A stretch of DNA of 64,000 nucleotides from the human T2T-CHM13v2.0 reference genome, Homo sapiens, in NCBI RefSeq assembly GCF_009914755.1, contig NC_060929.1; one strand, given 5' to 3'. This document shows, piece by piece, positions 25,975-40,067 of this stretch. The translations under genes were made by a program, and so were the position numbers. Positions within the stretch are counted from its first letter, which is position 1; each line of letters opens with the position of its first letter. Below the pieces are notes generated by a model that worked only from the letters and a program-made list of their open reading frames with translations, was not told the DNA's origin and made no database searches.

Positions 25975-26388
25975 TAATGTTGATCCATTCTCATACTGCT
26001 ATAACGAAATACCTGAGCTGGATAATTTATAAGGAAAAGAGGTTCAATGGGCTCATGGTTAAGCAGCCTATACAGGAAGCATAGCAGCTTCTGCTTAGAC
26101 TCTTGGGAGGCTTCAGGCAATTCACAATCATGGTGGAAGGGAAAGGGGAAGCAGGTATATCTTACATGGCTGGAGAAGGAGGAAGAGAGAAAGAGGGGAG
26201 GTTCTACACACTTTTAAACAACCAGATCTTGTAAGAACTCTGTCACAAGAACAATACTAGGGGGATGGTGTTAAACTATTAGAAATCTCTTCCATTATCC
26301 AATCACCTCCCCCCAGGCCCCATATCTAGCACTGAGGATTACAATTGAACATGAGACTTGGGTGAGGACATAGATCCAAACTATATCA
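25975..26388 (-). mobile_element. MST (MSTA-like) MaLR solo LTR inside L1
   Basis: catactgctataacgaaatacctgag...atccaaactatatca; perfect TSD AAGAC at 25970-25974 and 26389-26393. Confidence 0.9.
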
Positions 26389-27649
26389 AAGACACTCTGG
26401 CTTTTTGAGTTGCCAGAGTTCTTGTACAGGTTCTTTCTTATTTGTGTGGTGTGATGTTTCTTTAATCTTTGAAGTTGCTGTGCTTTGGATGGGCTTTTGC
26501 TTTTATATTTTGATTTCCTTGAAGGTTTAACTGTGGTATATGTTTGGTCTCATTAACTGGTTTTGTTTCTGAATTATTTCAGGTAGCCAAAGTACAGATC
26601 AGCAATTGTGGGCTGCATGCTCTAACCCTAGGTGGTTGGGACCATGCTCATGCCTTTGTTCTCTAGCTACTTGAAGTTGGGTACCTGCTGTGTTGGAGTG
26701 GCCAAAGTGTTTCTGGTTTGGTCTGCTGGCAACATCATTCTGATGGGGTATGCCAGCAGAAGTGCTTCATTGGGGTGGTAGCAGTGGGGCCCACTCTTAT
26801 GTACCAGTAGCATCAGGGCAGTGATATGGCAAGGTCTGTACATGTACATGTGCACCAATGGTTGTGTGACAGTGCGCATGCCAGAAAATCAGTAGGGAAA
26901 AGCTGTAGGTGACAGCATAACCAGCAGAGCAGTAGGGGAAGGCTATAAGTGGGTGTTACTGGAAGCCCATCTGCAGAACTCTCCAATTATTAGGCAGGGT
27001 CTTCAGGCAAAGGAGCTATGGTGGTGCCTCAGGGAAGCACCTCAGTTGAGCATCTGAGGCTGCACTGCAAGTGAGTGTGGTAAGGCAGGGACCTGGGGAG
27101 AGGCCAGCAGACAAGGGGGTGCTCAGATAAGACTAGCCTCATCCCACAGGTAAGATAGCCCTGTTCTGTACAAGTCCAACAGTCAATAAAGGCCAAAGAC
27201 ACCTAGAGAAGCATGGTAAACTTTGGAGGATGGGCATCCCTGGCCATTTTCCACTACAGCCATTCCCACACCAAATCCACTGCCGAATCCCTTCCAACTC
27301 TCCAAGCAACTATCTCTGCCAGCTCAAATGTCCGTGGGGATTATGGGGTCTCCTGCAGCTAGGAATCTACAGGTCCATGGCAAGAGTGGGCTATCCCATG
27401 CCTGTTTAACTCACCCCACCTCTAGGGGCCGTCTGGGGCCAGGAATGAGTCCTGTTTCTTGGCAACCCCATGCAGGGTTCCCAGCTTCCTCCCAGCTGCT
27501 CAAGGTCTGCATTCTTCCTCTGTCCACTCTTAGATTTTCCAGGGATCTGCTCAGAGTATGCCAACCTTCTCAATGGTCTAGTAACTTGGTGAAAGAAGGT
27601 CTTCCTAGCTACATCTAGTCAGCCATTGTGGTTCTTCCCCTTTTCGGAC

Positions 27650-29300
27650 TTTTCTGGGTCAATTGGATAATCACAAAGAAAAAAATATATACAGTTTTAC
27701 TTTATATTACACAAAAAAAATCAATTTCAGATGAATTGTAAACCTAATCCTAATCTTAACCATTTTTCCCAGCAGATAATATAGAAAGATATCTTTCTGA
27801 CCATGGGGTAGGAAAATAGTTCTTAAATAGTATACAAGTAAACCCTAATAATAAGGGATAAATTTGATAAAATGAATGGCGTTACAATTTTAAAGCTCTA
27901 TTCATGAAATTAAATTATTAACAGCATGAAAAGCAACTAAAAAGTAGAAGAAAATATTTTAAAACCAACAAAGAGCTGGTTTATTTTATATATATATTCC
28001 CACAAATTAAAAAGTAAAAAATTCCAATTAAAAATGGGACAAAATTTCTAGCAGGCAATTTATACCAAGAGAATATCAAAATGGCCGATAAGCAAACAAA
28101 AGGATGCTCAGCTTCATTAGTCACAAGTGAATGCAAATTAAAACTACAATGAAAGCTATTATACATCCATCAGAATGTCTACGTTAAAAAGGCTGAAAAT
28201 TTTTCAGTATTGGTAAGGATTATGTATTAGTTCCTGGTGTTATGAGAACAAAGTACCACAAAATTTGTGACTTAAAGAACAGAAGTTTATCATGTCACAG
28301 TTCTGAGGTTAGGAGTCTGAAATGAAGGTGTCAGTAAGGCTGGTTCTTTCAGAGGGCTTTGAGGAAGAATCATGCCTCTCTTCTAGCTTCTAGTGATGGC
28401 TGGCAATACTTGAAATTTCTTGGCTTGTAAATGAATCACTCCAGTCTTTACCTCTGTCTCCACATGGCTCTATCCCTGTGTCTTTGTTTTCACGATTGCC
28501 TTCTTATAAAGACACCAATCTTATTGGATTAGGGGCCCATCTACTCCAGTATGACCTTGTCTTAACTAATTACAACTACAATGGCCTTATTTCCAAATAT
28601 GATTCATATTCTGAAATAGTAGGATTAGGACTATAACATCTCTTTTTGGGAGCTACACAAGTCAACACATAACAGTTGTGAAGCAACTAGAACTTTCAAA
28701 CACTTTAAAAAGCTATTTGGCATGATCTATTAAGGTTGAATATAGACCTTCCATATGATCCAGTCATTCTCCTCTTCCATACCCAATACTAGATTGGACC
28801 ATATAAATTACAGTTTTGGACAACAAAAGCCATTTGAATATCAGCCATTTCATATGGGCCAACCAGAAATACATAAACATTTGCATCAGAAGATATTACA
28901 AAAATGCTTATAGAATAATTATTCATAATAGCTTGAAATTGAATATATCCTACATGTCTATCAACACAATGATTAGGATAATGTGAAAGGTTCACAGGGA
29001 ACAAACTGAAAATTTTTCCAACGGCCAGAGCTGGAACAATTTGAGCAATAGCAACAAAAGTAGTGTTGACTAATCATTAAAGAAAGAAGTTATATCCAGA
29101 ATTTACAAAGATCTCCAAACAATTGATAAAATAGAAAACCCAAGAGAAAAAAAATAATTTTTGAGCTGACAATTCACTAAAGGAGAAAATTTAAATGGTG
29201 AATAAAAAGTGAAAATATACTCAACTATATTTGTATTACTGAGAAAATGCAAATTTAAACCACAGTGACTTTTTCACATTATACCAATGAGACTGGCTGT
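27650..29300 (+). mobile_element. Old L1M ORF2 3' fragments, split by MLT1
   Basis: aaatcaatttcagatgaattgtaaaccta, aaaggatgctcagcttcattagtca, aatgcaaattaaaactacaatg. Confidence 0.7.
28223..28674 (-). mobile_element. MLT1 (MLT1C-like) MaLR LTR
   Basis: tgtattagttcc...aacaaagtaccacaaa...cacagttctgagg...caacacataaca. Confidence 0.85.
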
Positions 29301-29734
29301 CCAGCAATCCATGCTGAGCCCAGATCTACAGTCAGGTGAGCGCTATGCTACCCAGCTCCAGCCAATAAATCTGAAAAACTAATTTAGCCCTTCAAATCTT
29401 CTCATATTTTCATAGCTGGTTATAATCCCAACTTTAATCATCCATTATTTTATTTGTGCATGTGTATTTACCATTTTATTAAAATTATAAAACAACTTAT
29501 AGAGTGCCATAGGTACTATAGCAGAATAAAACGTAAATGAAGAATCAGAACAAAGAAAAAGTGGTAAGGAAGTATAATGAAGCCAGAAGCAAAATTATTA
29601 CATAAAATTTATGTAGTAAGAAATGTTAACAATCCTTTTTATATTCTTGTTACCCTTATTAATATTCATTTTTTGCTTTTGTAGATTTTCTTAAAATAAC
29701 TCAAGAATTTCATACAGGGAATAACTCACTGGGA

Positions 29735-30030
29735 AGAATGTTTAAGAGCACTGGCTATCAAATTGGCACAAAAGAGTTTGAATTCAAGCACTGCAGATAG
29801 CTAGCTATGTATCCATAGTCAAGTTACTTCACCTTGCAATAAAAAAACAAAACTGTTCTCATTTAAAGTTTCAATTTCCTCATCTGTAAAATCAAGACCA
29901 TAATGTGTGTGTGTGTGTATATGTGTGGGTATATATATATATGTATATATAAAATACGGTTTTATGAGAATTAAATAATTAATGCACATAAAGTGTTTAT
30001 CAGATGACATACAGTAAATATCAAATCTTA
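29735..30030 (+). mobile_element. MIR SINE with inserted (TG)/(TA) repeat
   Basis: caagttacttcacct...tttcctcatctgtaaaat...atgagaattaaat. Confidence 0.7.
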
Positions 30031-30114
30031 GCAATCATAAGTGTCTTTTTAAACATGATACATAAAAGAAAGAAACAATATTCATATTGAAGAATATAGC
30101 AGACTGAAATCCCA

Positions 30115-30600
30115 TTTATGCAGCTTTCTATCAAAAACCCTTTTGTATGTAAAAATATCACCAAAAACTAAGAGGCTTAACACAACCACTTATTTAGCAT
30201 ATAGTTCCCCAGGTCAGCAATTTGAGCTGGGAACAGAGAATGGTTCTACTGGTCTGAGCTGAGTTTATTTTTGTGTCTGTGGTCAGAGTTTAGGTCAGCT
30301 GGGGACTGGCTTGGGAGTAAATCAGTTAAAATGGCATGTCTGTTCCACGTTGTCTGTCATCTTCCAGCTGGATAATGCACTTATTGACATGGCAGTTACT
30401 GGGTTCCAAGAGAATAAGAGAGGGAAGACCCCAATGTGTAAATATTTTTAAAATATCTCCTTGTATAAGATTTGCCATTGCCTATTATCTAAATCAAGTA
30501 ATATAGTCAAGCCAAGAATTTGAGTGTAGAGACAATGAGCAAGGTGTGGTCGTACAGAGCACTGAATAAATTGGAAATAATTACTCTAACAACATACCAT
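30115..30600 (-). mobile_element. Old MLT1-type MaLR LTR
   Basis: caaaaactaagaggcttaacacaaccacttattta...gtcagcaatttgagctggg. Confidence 0.55.
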
Positions 30601-33600
30601 GAGTTCCAAAGCAATAATTCATTATTTAAAAAAGTTATAGGAAGTCGTACACTTAAGTTTTACCCAACATGAATTACCAAACAAATAAATTCAATTAGAA
30701 CCAACAATTTTCCCCTACAACTAATTCCTCCACTTAGCATCTCTGTTTCCATGAAACCACCTAAGTCTCCATCACCTTAGCCTGGTAATGCAAACAAACC
30801 TTCCAGATTTAATGCCCATGAATGCTCAATCCAAGCTATTTTCCCAACTTGGCAAGTCAACCTACAATGTTCTTTTCACAGTGTTCTTATCTCTGCATGG
30901 CTCATGACATTTTCTTATCTGCAAGATGCTCTTTGACCCTGCCACTTTGCACCATGTAATCCAACTTATAATTTAAATTTCCACCTCAAGTACTATTTAA
31001 TACTTGAAGAGAACAATAATACATTCCTGCTAATACTAAAAAAAAGTTAGGGATCAAACATTTATCTGGGCTCCTACTGAGTGCCATGAACTTTATGAAC
31101 TTTGATGTAGCTAGCCACATATATTATGTCCTTTTGTATTAGTCTTTGTCTATTTCTGGAGAACGTGCTTTCTGGATGAGACAATAAAGCTTATGTGTAA
31201 AGGTTATGTTTTACACTTCTTTGCATCTTGCACAGAATTCAGCTAGGCTGAACAGACACAGTAAATAATAAATATTTATTTCATATTTTTTCTGATTTTG
31301 GTGAAAAATTTTATATAATTTTGTACTTTATATATCTGTAGTGTCTTAATATTAAATAAGGGAATTCAAACTAAATTAAGTGATTTTTTCAAAGTCACTA
31401 GGTTAAATACTTCATCATTTATGTCCGTAAATCATATAGTCTATTAATAATCCAAATGTCTCTATCTCTAGCTAACTTTTAAATAAAATAGATATAGAGT
31501 TAACTGTGTGTTTTAGTTAAGATATTCAATGCAAATTAAACACATTTCTTAAACATATACTATGCCTAAATCAATATAACTGCTTTTAGAAATTTCTGAT
31601 TTAGATTTGTCTTGAGAAAAGCTAACTTTCCGCCTTCATTTAATATTTAAAATAAATGAAAACACCCTTTAAATGTCTTCTAAGCATTGAAAACAAATTA
31701 GCACTGGTAGTGGTTATGTGTTTGTTTATTCGTTAATTCTCAGCGCTGACTACTCAAGTAATGAGGTCTTTGCTTGTATCTAATATCTAAAATATATTTG
31801 CTATGTCTGATTGACTTATGAATTTCAAATGTAATTATCTATAGATATTTACTAAAATTTTGAAGAAAAAAGAATATCTTATATCAAATGATTGGCTCTG
31901 AAAATGGCATATAAATAGAATTATAATTATAGAAATGATAAATTTGAGTTGACTTAGTTATAGTATAATCCATTTGTGATTTGACAGTAGCATATAAAAA
32001 TAGTTATAAGACTAGAGAGTAATACAAATAATTGAAAGAATCATGGAAACAGAACAAAAAGAAAAGAATAAGGTTGGGTGAGGTGACTATACGCCATTTT
32101 CTATTTCTGTTAGAACTGTTCAAAAATTAGGCTGTAATTTTTTTAAGGTCCAACAAACAGTTTATACAAAATTAGTAATAAGGTTCATAGAGTGCATAAG
32201 ACTAAAGAGGATTTATTTCCTAAATCCCAATAATGGGGATATTGGGTGATACAGTGACCATCACTGAAACAAATATATTAATTTTCTTTGTTTTTCTTTT
32301 ACTTTGGGGCTCCTAATCCAAAACCAAGGATAAAGCTGAAGCACAGTTGCATAAAAGCACGTCCATGAAATTCAAGACAATATAATTCAAGTGGGCAGCT
32401 CTGTGATTGTCTTTTTCCAAGAAAAAAATAAAATAACTGGAGAAAATGATGAACTTCTTGTGTTTAGATAGTACTCTTTAAGGATTGTTATTCCAAATTG
32501 TACTTATGGTTAAAAAGCAAAGAGTTTAAGGTTTTATTTTCTATGAAGTATCTAGAGTATAGATACTTGGGGTTGCCAGTAATGGCCCACCCATATGCTT
32601 TGATAATAAACTGGGCAGATTAAATTTATTAATTGCCCTTCCTACCTATTAACATTAATTTGTATCCATAATTATTATCTAAAAACGGGACATTAGGAAT
32701 ATTAGGATAATTGCTCCTGTGAAAGCTAGAAATAACCAGAAATTTTCAATGACAGAAAAAAATATGTATTTCCTGATTATAAACAGATTAACTTGCCTCA
32801 AAATAAGACGTAAGAAAAAAAAGTGTTTGTTGGCACTTTGGAATATCATAGGATGCCATATGGATAAAGCATCAATGGAAAAATCATGTGTATTTTATGA
32901 AGAATGAATGGCCTATTTCAAAATGGCTTTCTTTGAATATGGAGAAAAATATATACGTTTACTCAATCAGAGCTAGAAAAACCAAGAAGCTGTAAATATT
33001 TAAACTTTAACAAAAAGTTTAGTATTGGCAAGTGCAGATTTGCAACATACTGTGTAATGGAAAACTTAAAAGTAAGATAGACCAATAATTTGCCATCCAA
33101 ATTGAGGAACTTTTGAAAGTGAATTAATTTACGACCAGTAAGAAAGTTGGGACAATAGGCGTGAACCCATGCTAACCTAGGCAAATTGGAATGCTTGGTC
33201 AGCATACTCATAAATGTCTCCAAAAGGCATAAACCCAAAACAGAACAATTACTCTTCCCAAAAATCAACTCTTCTCTTCAGGTTGCTTAGTCAGGGGAAT
33301 GCCAAGTGCTGGACCTGTAGAGATCAGGGTGGCCACCTATTCTCATTGCCTGAAGAGAAAATACCAACCCAATTTTCCCCCACCTATTTTGGAAACAGAT
33401 AAATAAAGCCATTAGTGAAATCCCTAAACCAGGTCTACTCCATCAATGTTGTAAACTTTTTTCAAGCCTGCTATCTCATAGTTTCATGAAGATTTGCGGC
33501 TTGCCTCAGTTAGCACACCTGTAAGAAACCAACACAATAAAATAATTTCATCGGTTTACTTCATAGCTTACTTATCCTCTACTTCCTCCAAATATTTTGC

Positions 33601-33804
33601 TAAGTTATTTTCACTTTCTTCATCTGAAATTCATCAACATTTGCTGTTGAATTTTTTCTATTAAAAGCAAATGTTCTCCTCTTATAGTTCTAACAGCACA
33701 ATAATAAATCATAATCTCTAGGGATATTGAGAAGTAATATAACTTAGAGTATAACAAATAACTTTTATCTCAGTATATTTTATTTATTTACCAAAAACTT
33801 TAAA

Positions 33805-33985
33805 TGTTTTATAACATGAATTAATTTAGTCATCATAACAAGCCTATGCATTAGATACTATTCTTAGCCCCATTTTCAGAGAAGGAAACTGAAGTAAAAA
33901 TATGCCCAAGGTCACTTAGATACTCTGTGGTAGAACAGCCATTTGAACCCAGGCAACCTTTGCTGTAGGTTCTGTGCTCTCAAAA
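33805..33985 (-). mobile_element. MIR SINE
   Basis: ccccattttcagagaaggaaactga...tgcccaaggtcac...atttgaacccaggca. Confidence 0.75.
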
Positions 33986-34774
33986 TCACTCAGCTTTCCT
34001 GTCTCTTATGAGATTTTCACTTACTATCGCTGTCTGTGAGCATTAGAAATATCCCTTGGCATACAGTTTTCAAAAATAAGAAAACTAAGGCTGAGGAATA
34101 ACTTGTTCCAAGTCCCATCTGAATAAAGAGATTGTGTGGAGTTGGAATTTAAACGGAATTATTTTTTCTCTGTTCCCAAGTGTTTAGCTACTCTCACCTA
34201 CTGCTTTGGTATGACAAACTTGGTTTAAACATTCTCCAGTTATGACCCAACATATATTCAGTTACCTGCTAAATGTGAGTGCACAGGTTAGTGTGTCAAT
34301 AACAATGTTAAATATTAGCAATATTAATGAATATGTTAGTCTTATCCTTGATATTCATATGAACAAATCTAGTAGGTCACTTGCAAATTTCTCTAAATCT
34401 TGTTTGTTAAGATTTTTATATCCTTTCTACAGTCAATTTTCATCATTTATATTTTCTTAGAAAATCATTTATTGCACTATATTTTCATATATATTAGCAT
34501 ACAGTTGTAAATTGATCCTTTTATAATCATTTTCCAATTACTTTCTTATAATCACATTCCCTTTACCCTTCCAGATTTTGTGATTAATAAAAGTTTCCCT
34601 CATTTTTCCATTATATTAGCTAGTCTAAAATAGTTTATGTATTATTTTTATTTTACCCAAGGAAACCATTTTAGGATTTATCAGTTCTATGCTTTTTATA
34701 GTCTGCTTTTATTTTTCTAAATGTACTTTCAATTTAAACTTTTTCTTATTTTTTACAAACATTTAAAAAATTAT

Positions 34775-35367
34775 TCCCAGAGCTCCTAGGCCTCCAAGAC
34801 TGTGATGGGAGGGGCTGCTGGGAATGTCTCTGACATGTCCTGGACACATTTTCCCTTTTGTCTTGGTCATTGGCATTTGGCTCCTTGTTACTTATGCAAA
34901 TTTCTGCTGCAGGCTTGAATTCCTTCCCAAAAAATGGGATGCAGGCTGCAAATTTTTCAAACTTTTATGCTCTGCTTCCTCTTGAAGATTCTGTCACTTA
35001 GAATTTTTTTCTGCCAGATGCCCTAAATTATCTCTCTCAAGTTCAAAGTTCCACAGATCTCTAGAGCAGGGGCAAAATGCTGCCAGTCTCTTTGCATAGC
35101 AAGAGTGACCTTTACTCCAGTTCCCAACAAGTTCCTCATCTTCATCGGAGACCACCTCAGTCTGGACTTCATTGTCCACATCACTATCAGCATTTTGGTG
35201 AAAGCCATTCAACACATCTCTAGAAGTTCCAAACTTTCCCACATTTTTCTATCTTCTTCAGAGCTCTTCTTACTGTTCCAACTTCTGCCTGTTACTCAGT
35301 TCCAAAGTTGTATCCACATTTTCAGGTATCTTTACAGCAGCACCCCACTCTACCAATCCCAATTTAC
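34775..35367 (-). mobile_element. THE1/MaLR internal region, 5' ~600 bp only
   Basis: ORF 34994-35242 (NADSDVDNEVQTEVVSDEDEELVGNWSKGHSCY...RDLWNFELERD) is the MaLR internal ORF remnant; abuts the LTR. Confidence 0.9.
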
Positions 35368-35730
35368 TGTATCAGTCCATTTTCGTATTGCTACAAAGAA
35401 ATACCCAAGACTGGGTAATTTATAAAGAAAAAGAGGTTTAATGGACTCACATTTCCACATGGCTAGAGAGGCCACAAAATCATGGTGGAAGGTGAAGGAG
35501 GAACAAAGGCATGTTTTACATGGCAGCAGGCAAGAGAGCATGTGCAGGGAAACTGTCTTTATAAAACCATCAGATCTCATGAGACTTATTTACTATTATG
35601 AGAACAACATGGGAAAAAACCCACTCCCATGATTCAATTAACTCCCACCAGGTACCTTCCATAACACGTGGGGTTGATGGGAACTATAATTCAAGATGAG
35701 ATTGGGTGGGGTCACAGCCAAACCATATCA
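35368..35730 (-). mobile_element. THE1 LTR (5' LTR of a truncated element)
   Basis: tgtatcagtcc...gactgggtaatttataaagaaaaagaggtttaatggactcac...aaaccatatca. Confidence 0.93.
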
Positions 35731-36970
35731 TTTATCAAGGCATGTTTAATTTCCAAAGAATTGTAGATGTTACTCTTTAATTTTGTTATTTTTAATAATA
35801 AAATTATTTTTATTTTTATCTTAAAAATAATTTTACCATTAATTTAATCAATATTAAATTTAATTATTAAACATGGTTATAGCATGTATGTTAATATTTA
35901 AAGGGAACCCATTTGGACTGTTAATTCAACCTATATTTATTGAGCACTTATTGTGTGTATTGGGATACAGCATTGAAAAAAACAGATGTTTCTGTGTGTT
36001 TTTCCTTTAATATGGTAGTTGTTTAATGTGTTATTACCAAAATTATAAAAATAAAATGTTCTTGTGTCCTCTCACTAACTATAGGATGCCCTTTAAGCTT
36101 CTAAATTATAATTTAGGCTAGGAGATATAGGTTGATTTACAAATATAGTAGTCAAGCAGGCTGAGAGGAGAGGGAAGAGTCTTGGAGCTAGTGGGTAACC
36201 CAACAAAGGAACTTTTACCTTTACCTATTTATTTTCTATGTGTGTTGAAATCACTGAAGTTAAGACCACCTTTACACTTTCTCTAGTCCAGTGTCATGAT
36301 ATGGCTGTGTTCAGCCTTCTTCCTGGTATTTCTGGTCACTGAACTAGACAAGGGAGGAAATGCTCAAGTGAGAGAATAGGTGTCTGGATTCCTAACATCA
36401 TAAAAAGCTACATCATAAAAATGCCCCTTGCCCCTCCTATTTGAATCTTACCAACAGCCTGCCTCTTTTGGCAGCCCTTGCTATGAGGTAGTGAAAGTGC
36501 CCCTATGCAGCTCCTTCACAGCTCATCCTAACATAGCCCTCAAATTAGAGGATTGTGTTATGCTCCTTAAAACTTCCATTACTTTCTAAATGTCTTCATC
36601 AAGAAAAGAGAAAAAGAATCATGGCTTAACATGCTACTTCAATCTAGTGTACCTAACATGTCTATCAGAATTTCCCACCAAGTCAGAGTTCTATGGTGGA
36701 ATCACCCCTTACTGAGGTGTACTTTTCCCTAGATGTGTTAAATGAATTTAATTCTGTTTCTATTACAGATTTTGGTGGCCTTTACACTACCGTCTAGAGC
36801 TCAACTCTCCTATCTTTAATCAAAAATAGATCAGTGTTAAGTTTTAAAAATATTATTCTCACCTGTAAGTCATTAATACTCACTGAATGTAGACATTCCT
36901 TTTACCATGGAGAGAAATGACAACCGTGCTTCCTAATGATAGATGTACATATTTATTGCCCAGTGTTTTA

Positions 36971-37159
<189 letters not shown>

Positions 37160-39269
37160 TTAAAAAGAAAAAGTCTTTGGGAATTATCATTTTATTCACC
37201 TTGCTAAAGTATGATTGTGTGAAACAGAATAAACCAATTTTACTATAATTCATAATAATATTCTAAAGTCTGAAATTCTAAGCTGTGGAAATTTCTGACC
37301 CTTCACTGCTTTCTCTCCTTTACATTTAAAACAGATCACAGATCATTTTAAAATTTCTAACCACATGAAAAGAAAAACTGCACCTAACTGGTATACTTCA
37401 TAAATTTAAAAGTTAAATGGGTAAACTGTAAACTACATACACAAAATAAATTCTTAGAATTCAAGTAAAGAGGAATCTGTTCAAAGGAATATGAACACAG
37501 GCCACCATGGTGAATTTTTATAATAAAGTAGAGAAACCAGAAAAATACTTCCTGTTATTAAAAAAGTCAAACATTATGAAACATGGTATTTGAACCAAGA
37601 AGAAAATGTGCAAATCATGTGAAAAGCATACAAAAACTACTGTTATAATTATAAGGTGAAAAATTCATTTCAATAATAGTGAAATAAATCAGTTGGAATA
37701 TAGGAAAAAGTAATGAAAACAGAGATTTAAAAACTCTAAGACACTCCTCTTCTAGAACTTATATAGCAATTAGCAATTTATATACATTACCAAGTTCCAC
37801 TTTCAAAATATGTATTTTCCTTAGAGAAAGGAGAAAGACATTCCTATTTACTCTTTATAGTAATTATTTCTTACCTAGATATTGTATATTGCTATGCAGT
37901 AATAGGAAGAAAGAATTCCAATTTAGGTAGATTTGGGAGAAATAAATTTGGGGAATAAAATAATACAGTTATCATAGAAGAGATGAACTTAGCCAAAAAC
38001 CAACATGAAAATACTGAGTATGTGAAGCAGATAAGAAGAATAAGAAGAGGAAATGGTTCAGAAAGGGAGCTGGAAGAGTTTTAAAGCCCTTTAAATTCCA
38101 TATTGCACTTTTCTCCAAAACCCTGGTGACAGTCCATTGATGATTATTGCCCTTCTTGAATAAAGATAGAAGAACAACATGAAAAGTCACAATCCTCAAC
38201 TTTTCCAAATGAATCTAGTTTTCATAATGCAGGTTAATAACAATCATTATTATTATTATAGCTAGTACCGGAGGGGGTACTAACTATGTGGTCCAATTTT
38301 AGTTCTCACTACAATCCTGCTATGTAGATGTTATTATATATACTTAGAATAATAAAAGGGAACATATAAACTTGAACTTGCTTAGAAAGCTCCCTGGCAT
38401 CAGACAGCTGTTGAATGAATGATAGAGCAGGTAAAGGCTGGTCTAATCCTGTCCCATGCAGCACAGTCTCTCCAATTTACACAAGTACTTTTCTTTCTAG
38501 TCATGACCTTCCATTCCATTCATAGGAAAGAAAGATTTTGAAAGGAAGAGGAGGCAGAAGAGAAAGTACGTACATGTTTTACAAGTAATAGGAGGAAGGC
38601 ATATATCCAGTTTCCAATTTTAAGGTATCATCTACCTTTTCTATTATTGGAACTTTAGGAGAGAAAGTATAAGCTGGAAGTAGGAAGCTACAGTTAAGCA
38701 GCCAATTATTTTTGAAACGTCATTTTCTCCTTATAGGAACTTTACTAATTTAAATTGAGACATCACAATATTTGAAATAACATATAAAACAAGTTTTTTG
38801 AATGAATGGCATTAATATTTTTGCACTGAACATTTGGACTATAATAAAAAAGCCCAAATGTAAGGTTTTGGGGTTTTCTTAAACCATTTTCTTTGTGAAT
38901 AGTCTTGACTAAAGTGAGAAAAAGATAATCTGTATCTTCAAGTAATTGGCAAGTCTGGGACATGAGAATAATTTGTAAGAGAAATTAGAGGGTAACTGTT
39001 AAATGAAAAGATGATGGTCATTGATATAACAATCACAAAAGCAAGAGATCAATGAGGGCTAGAAGAGTAAGGAAAGGGCTGGAGAAAGTATGAGTTTAGA
39101 AGACTTGTCCAATAGGTAAATTTGGGAAAAGTGCAGACGAAGATATTGGGTGAGTATTTCAAATGGAAGGATATCTGAAAAAAGGTTAGCTCTGAGAATA
39201 AATACTGTAATAGCTTCCTAGTTCTTTCATCTTCCTGTCTTATTATTTACTGCTTCACCATTACTAATC

Positions 39270-39840
39270 CACGTTGTGGAAACTGACCTTTCTAAATCTC
39301 ATTATGTTACTTCTCTACTCACAACTCAGCAAAGGATTGCCATTTGTCCCTATGTAAATTCCAAATCGCATGGCCAGGCAATTACTGTCTGTCTTTCTAA
39401 TATGACATCATTTTGGAACACATCTATCACCACTCCTTTAATCCCACCCCCTCTTGCTAATACACTACAAACAGACAAAACTACTGGAAGTTCTAGAATA
39501 CACATCTCATTTAATCTTCTAGCTCTTGTATAAACTTTTCACTTAACCAGAAATTATCCTGTCCAAAATTAACTCCACACTACACCTGGCTTCTATCGAG
39601 ACTCCTGCATTCTTTCTATTAGGAATCCTTCTCTGAATCTCCATGGCTAGCTAGGTGCCCTTGTGCCTGATGTATTGTATCATATTGTACTTGCATATCT
39701 CACCTATGGATTATAAACTACTGGAGAAGAGAGAATATCTTTTATTCGCTCAGATATTCCTAGCATATAGCAAAGTGCCTACAACAAAGTACCTACAACA
39801 TAGTAGATCTAATTTATAAAAATCTGTTAATTGAATTAGG
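39270..39840 (+). mobile_element. L2 3' fragment
   Basis: gattataaactactggagaagagaga...cctagcatatagcaaagtgcct...aatctgttaattgaat. Confidence 0.65.
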
Positions 39841-39854
39841 GAAGTAGGTAGAGA

Positions 39855-39960
39855 GAACAACTAAGTCCCTTTGCCTGGGGCTGAAGTGTTTCTTGGAACA
39901 CAAGCTTTCAAGGACAAAACTGGGAAAGTCCACAGCAAATCAAGACATTTAGGTCAGGAA
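39855..39960. mobile_element. MER94-like hAT MITE remnant
   Basis: gtccctttgcctggggctgaag...aaaactgggaaagtccacagcaaatc. Confidence 0.5.
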
Positions 39961-40067
39961 TATGGCCCCCAGTAGTGAGGTAGTTATACAGACAGAGAAG
40001 GGAAGAGATGATAGTAAGGATCTCAAATGAAGCTAAGGTGGACAGTTTATACTAAAAATAAATAAGA

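Larger units (their letters stand above)
21330..27640 (-). mobile_element. L1 (L1PB/late L1PA type) with 5'UTR, ORF1 and ORF2 remnants, lacking its 3' end; hosts three insertions
   Basis: Minus ORFs 25612-25878 and 25167-25355 (ORF1), 23884-24141 (endonuclease DFNTPL), 22398-22616 ([12 protein letters not shown]); 5' end ggggaagaaccacaatggctgactag at 27640. Confidence 0.92.

Noticed and set aside
27223-27618. 131-aa plus-strand ORF
   Set aside because: Antisense to an old L1 5'UTR, TTG start, no recognisable similarity.
36850-36885. Minus-strand acag|gtgaga as a recursive splice site or alternative donor
   Set aside because: Weak pyrimidine tract, only ~110 nt from the real donor, and extension meets an immediate stop.
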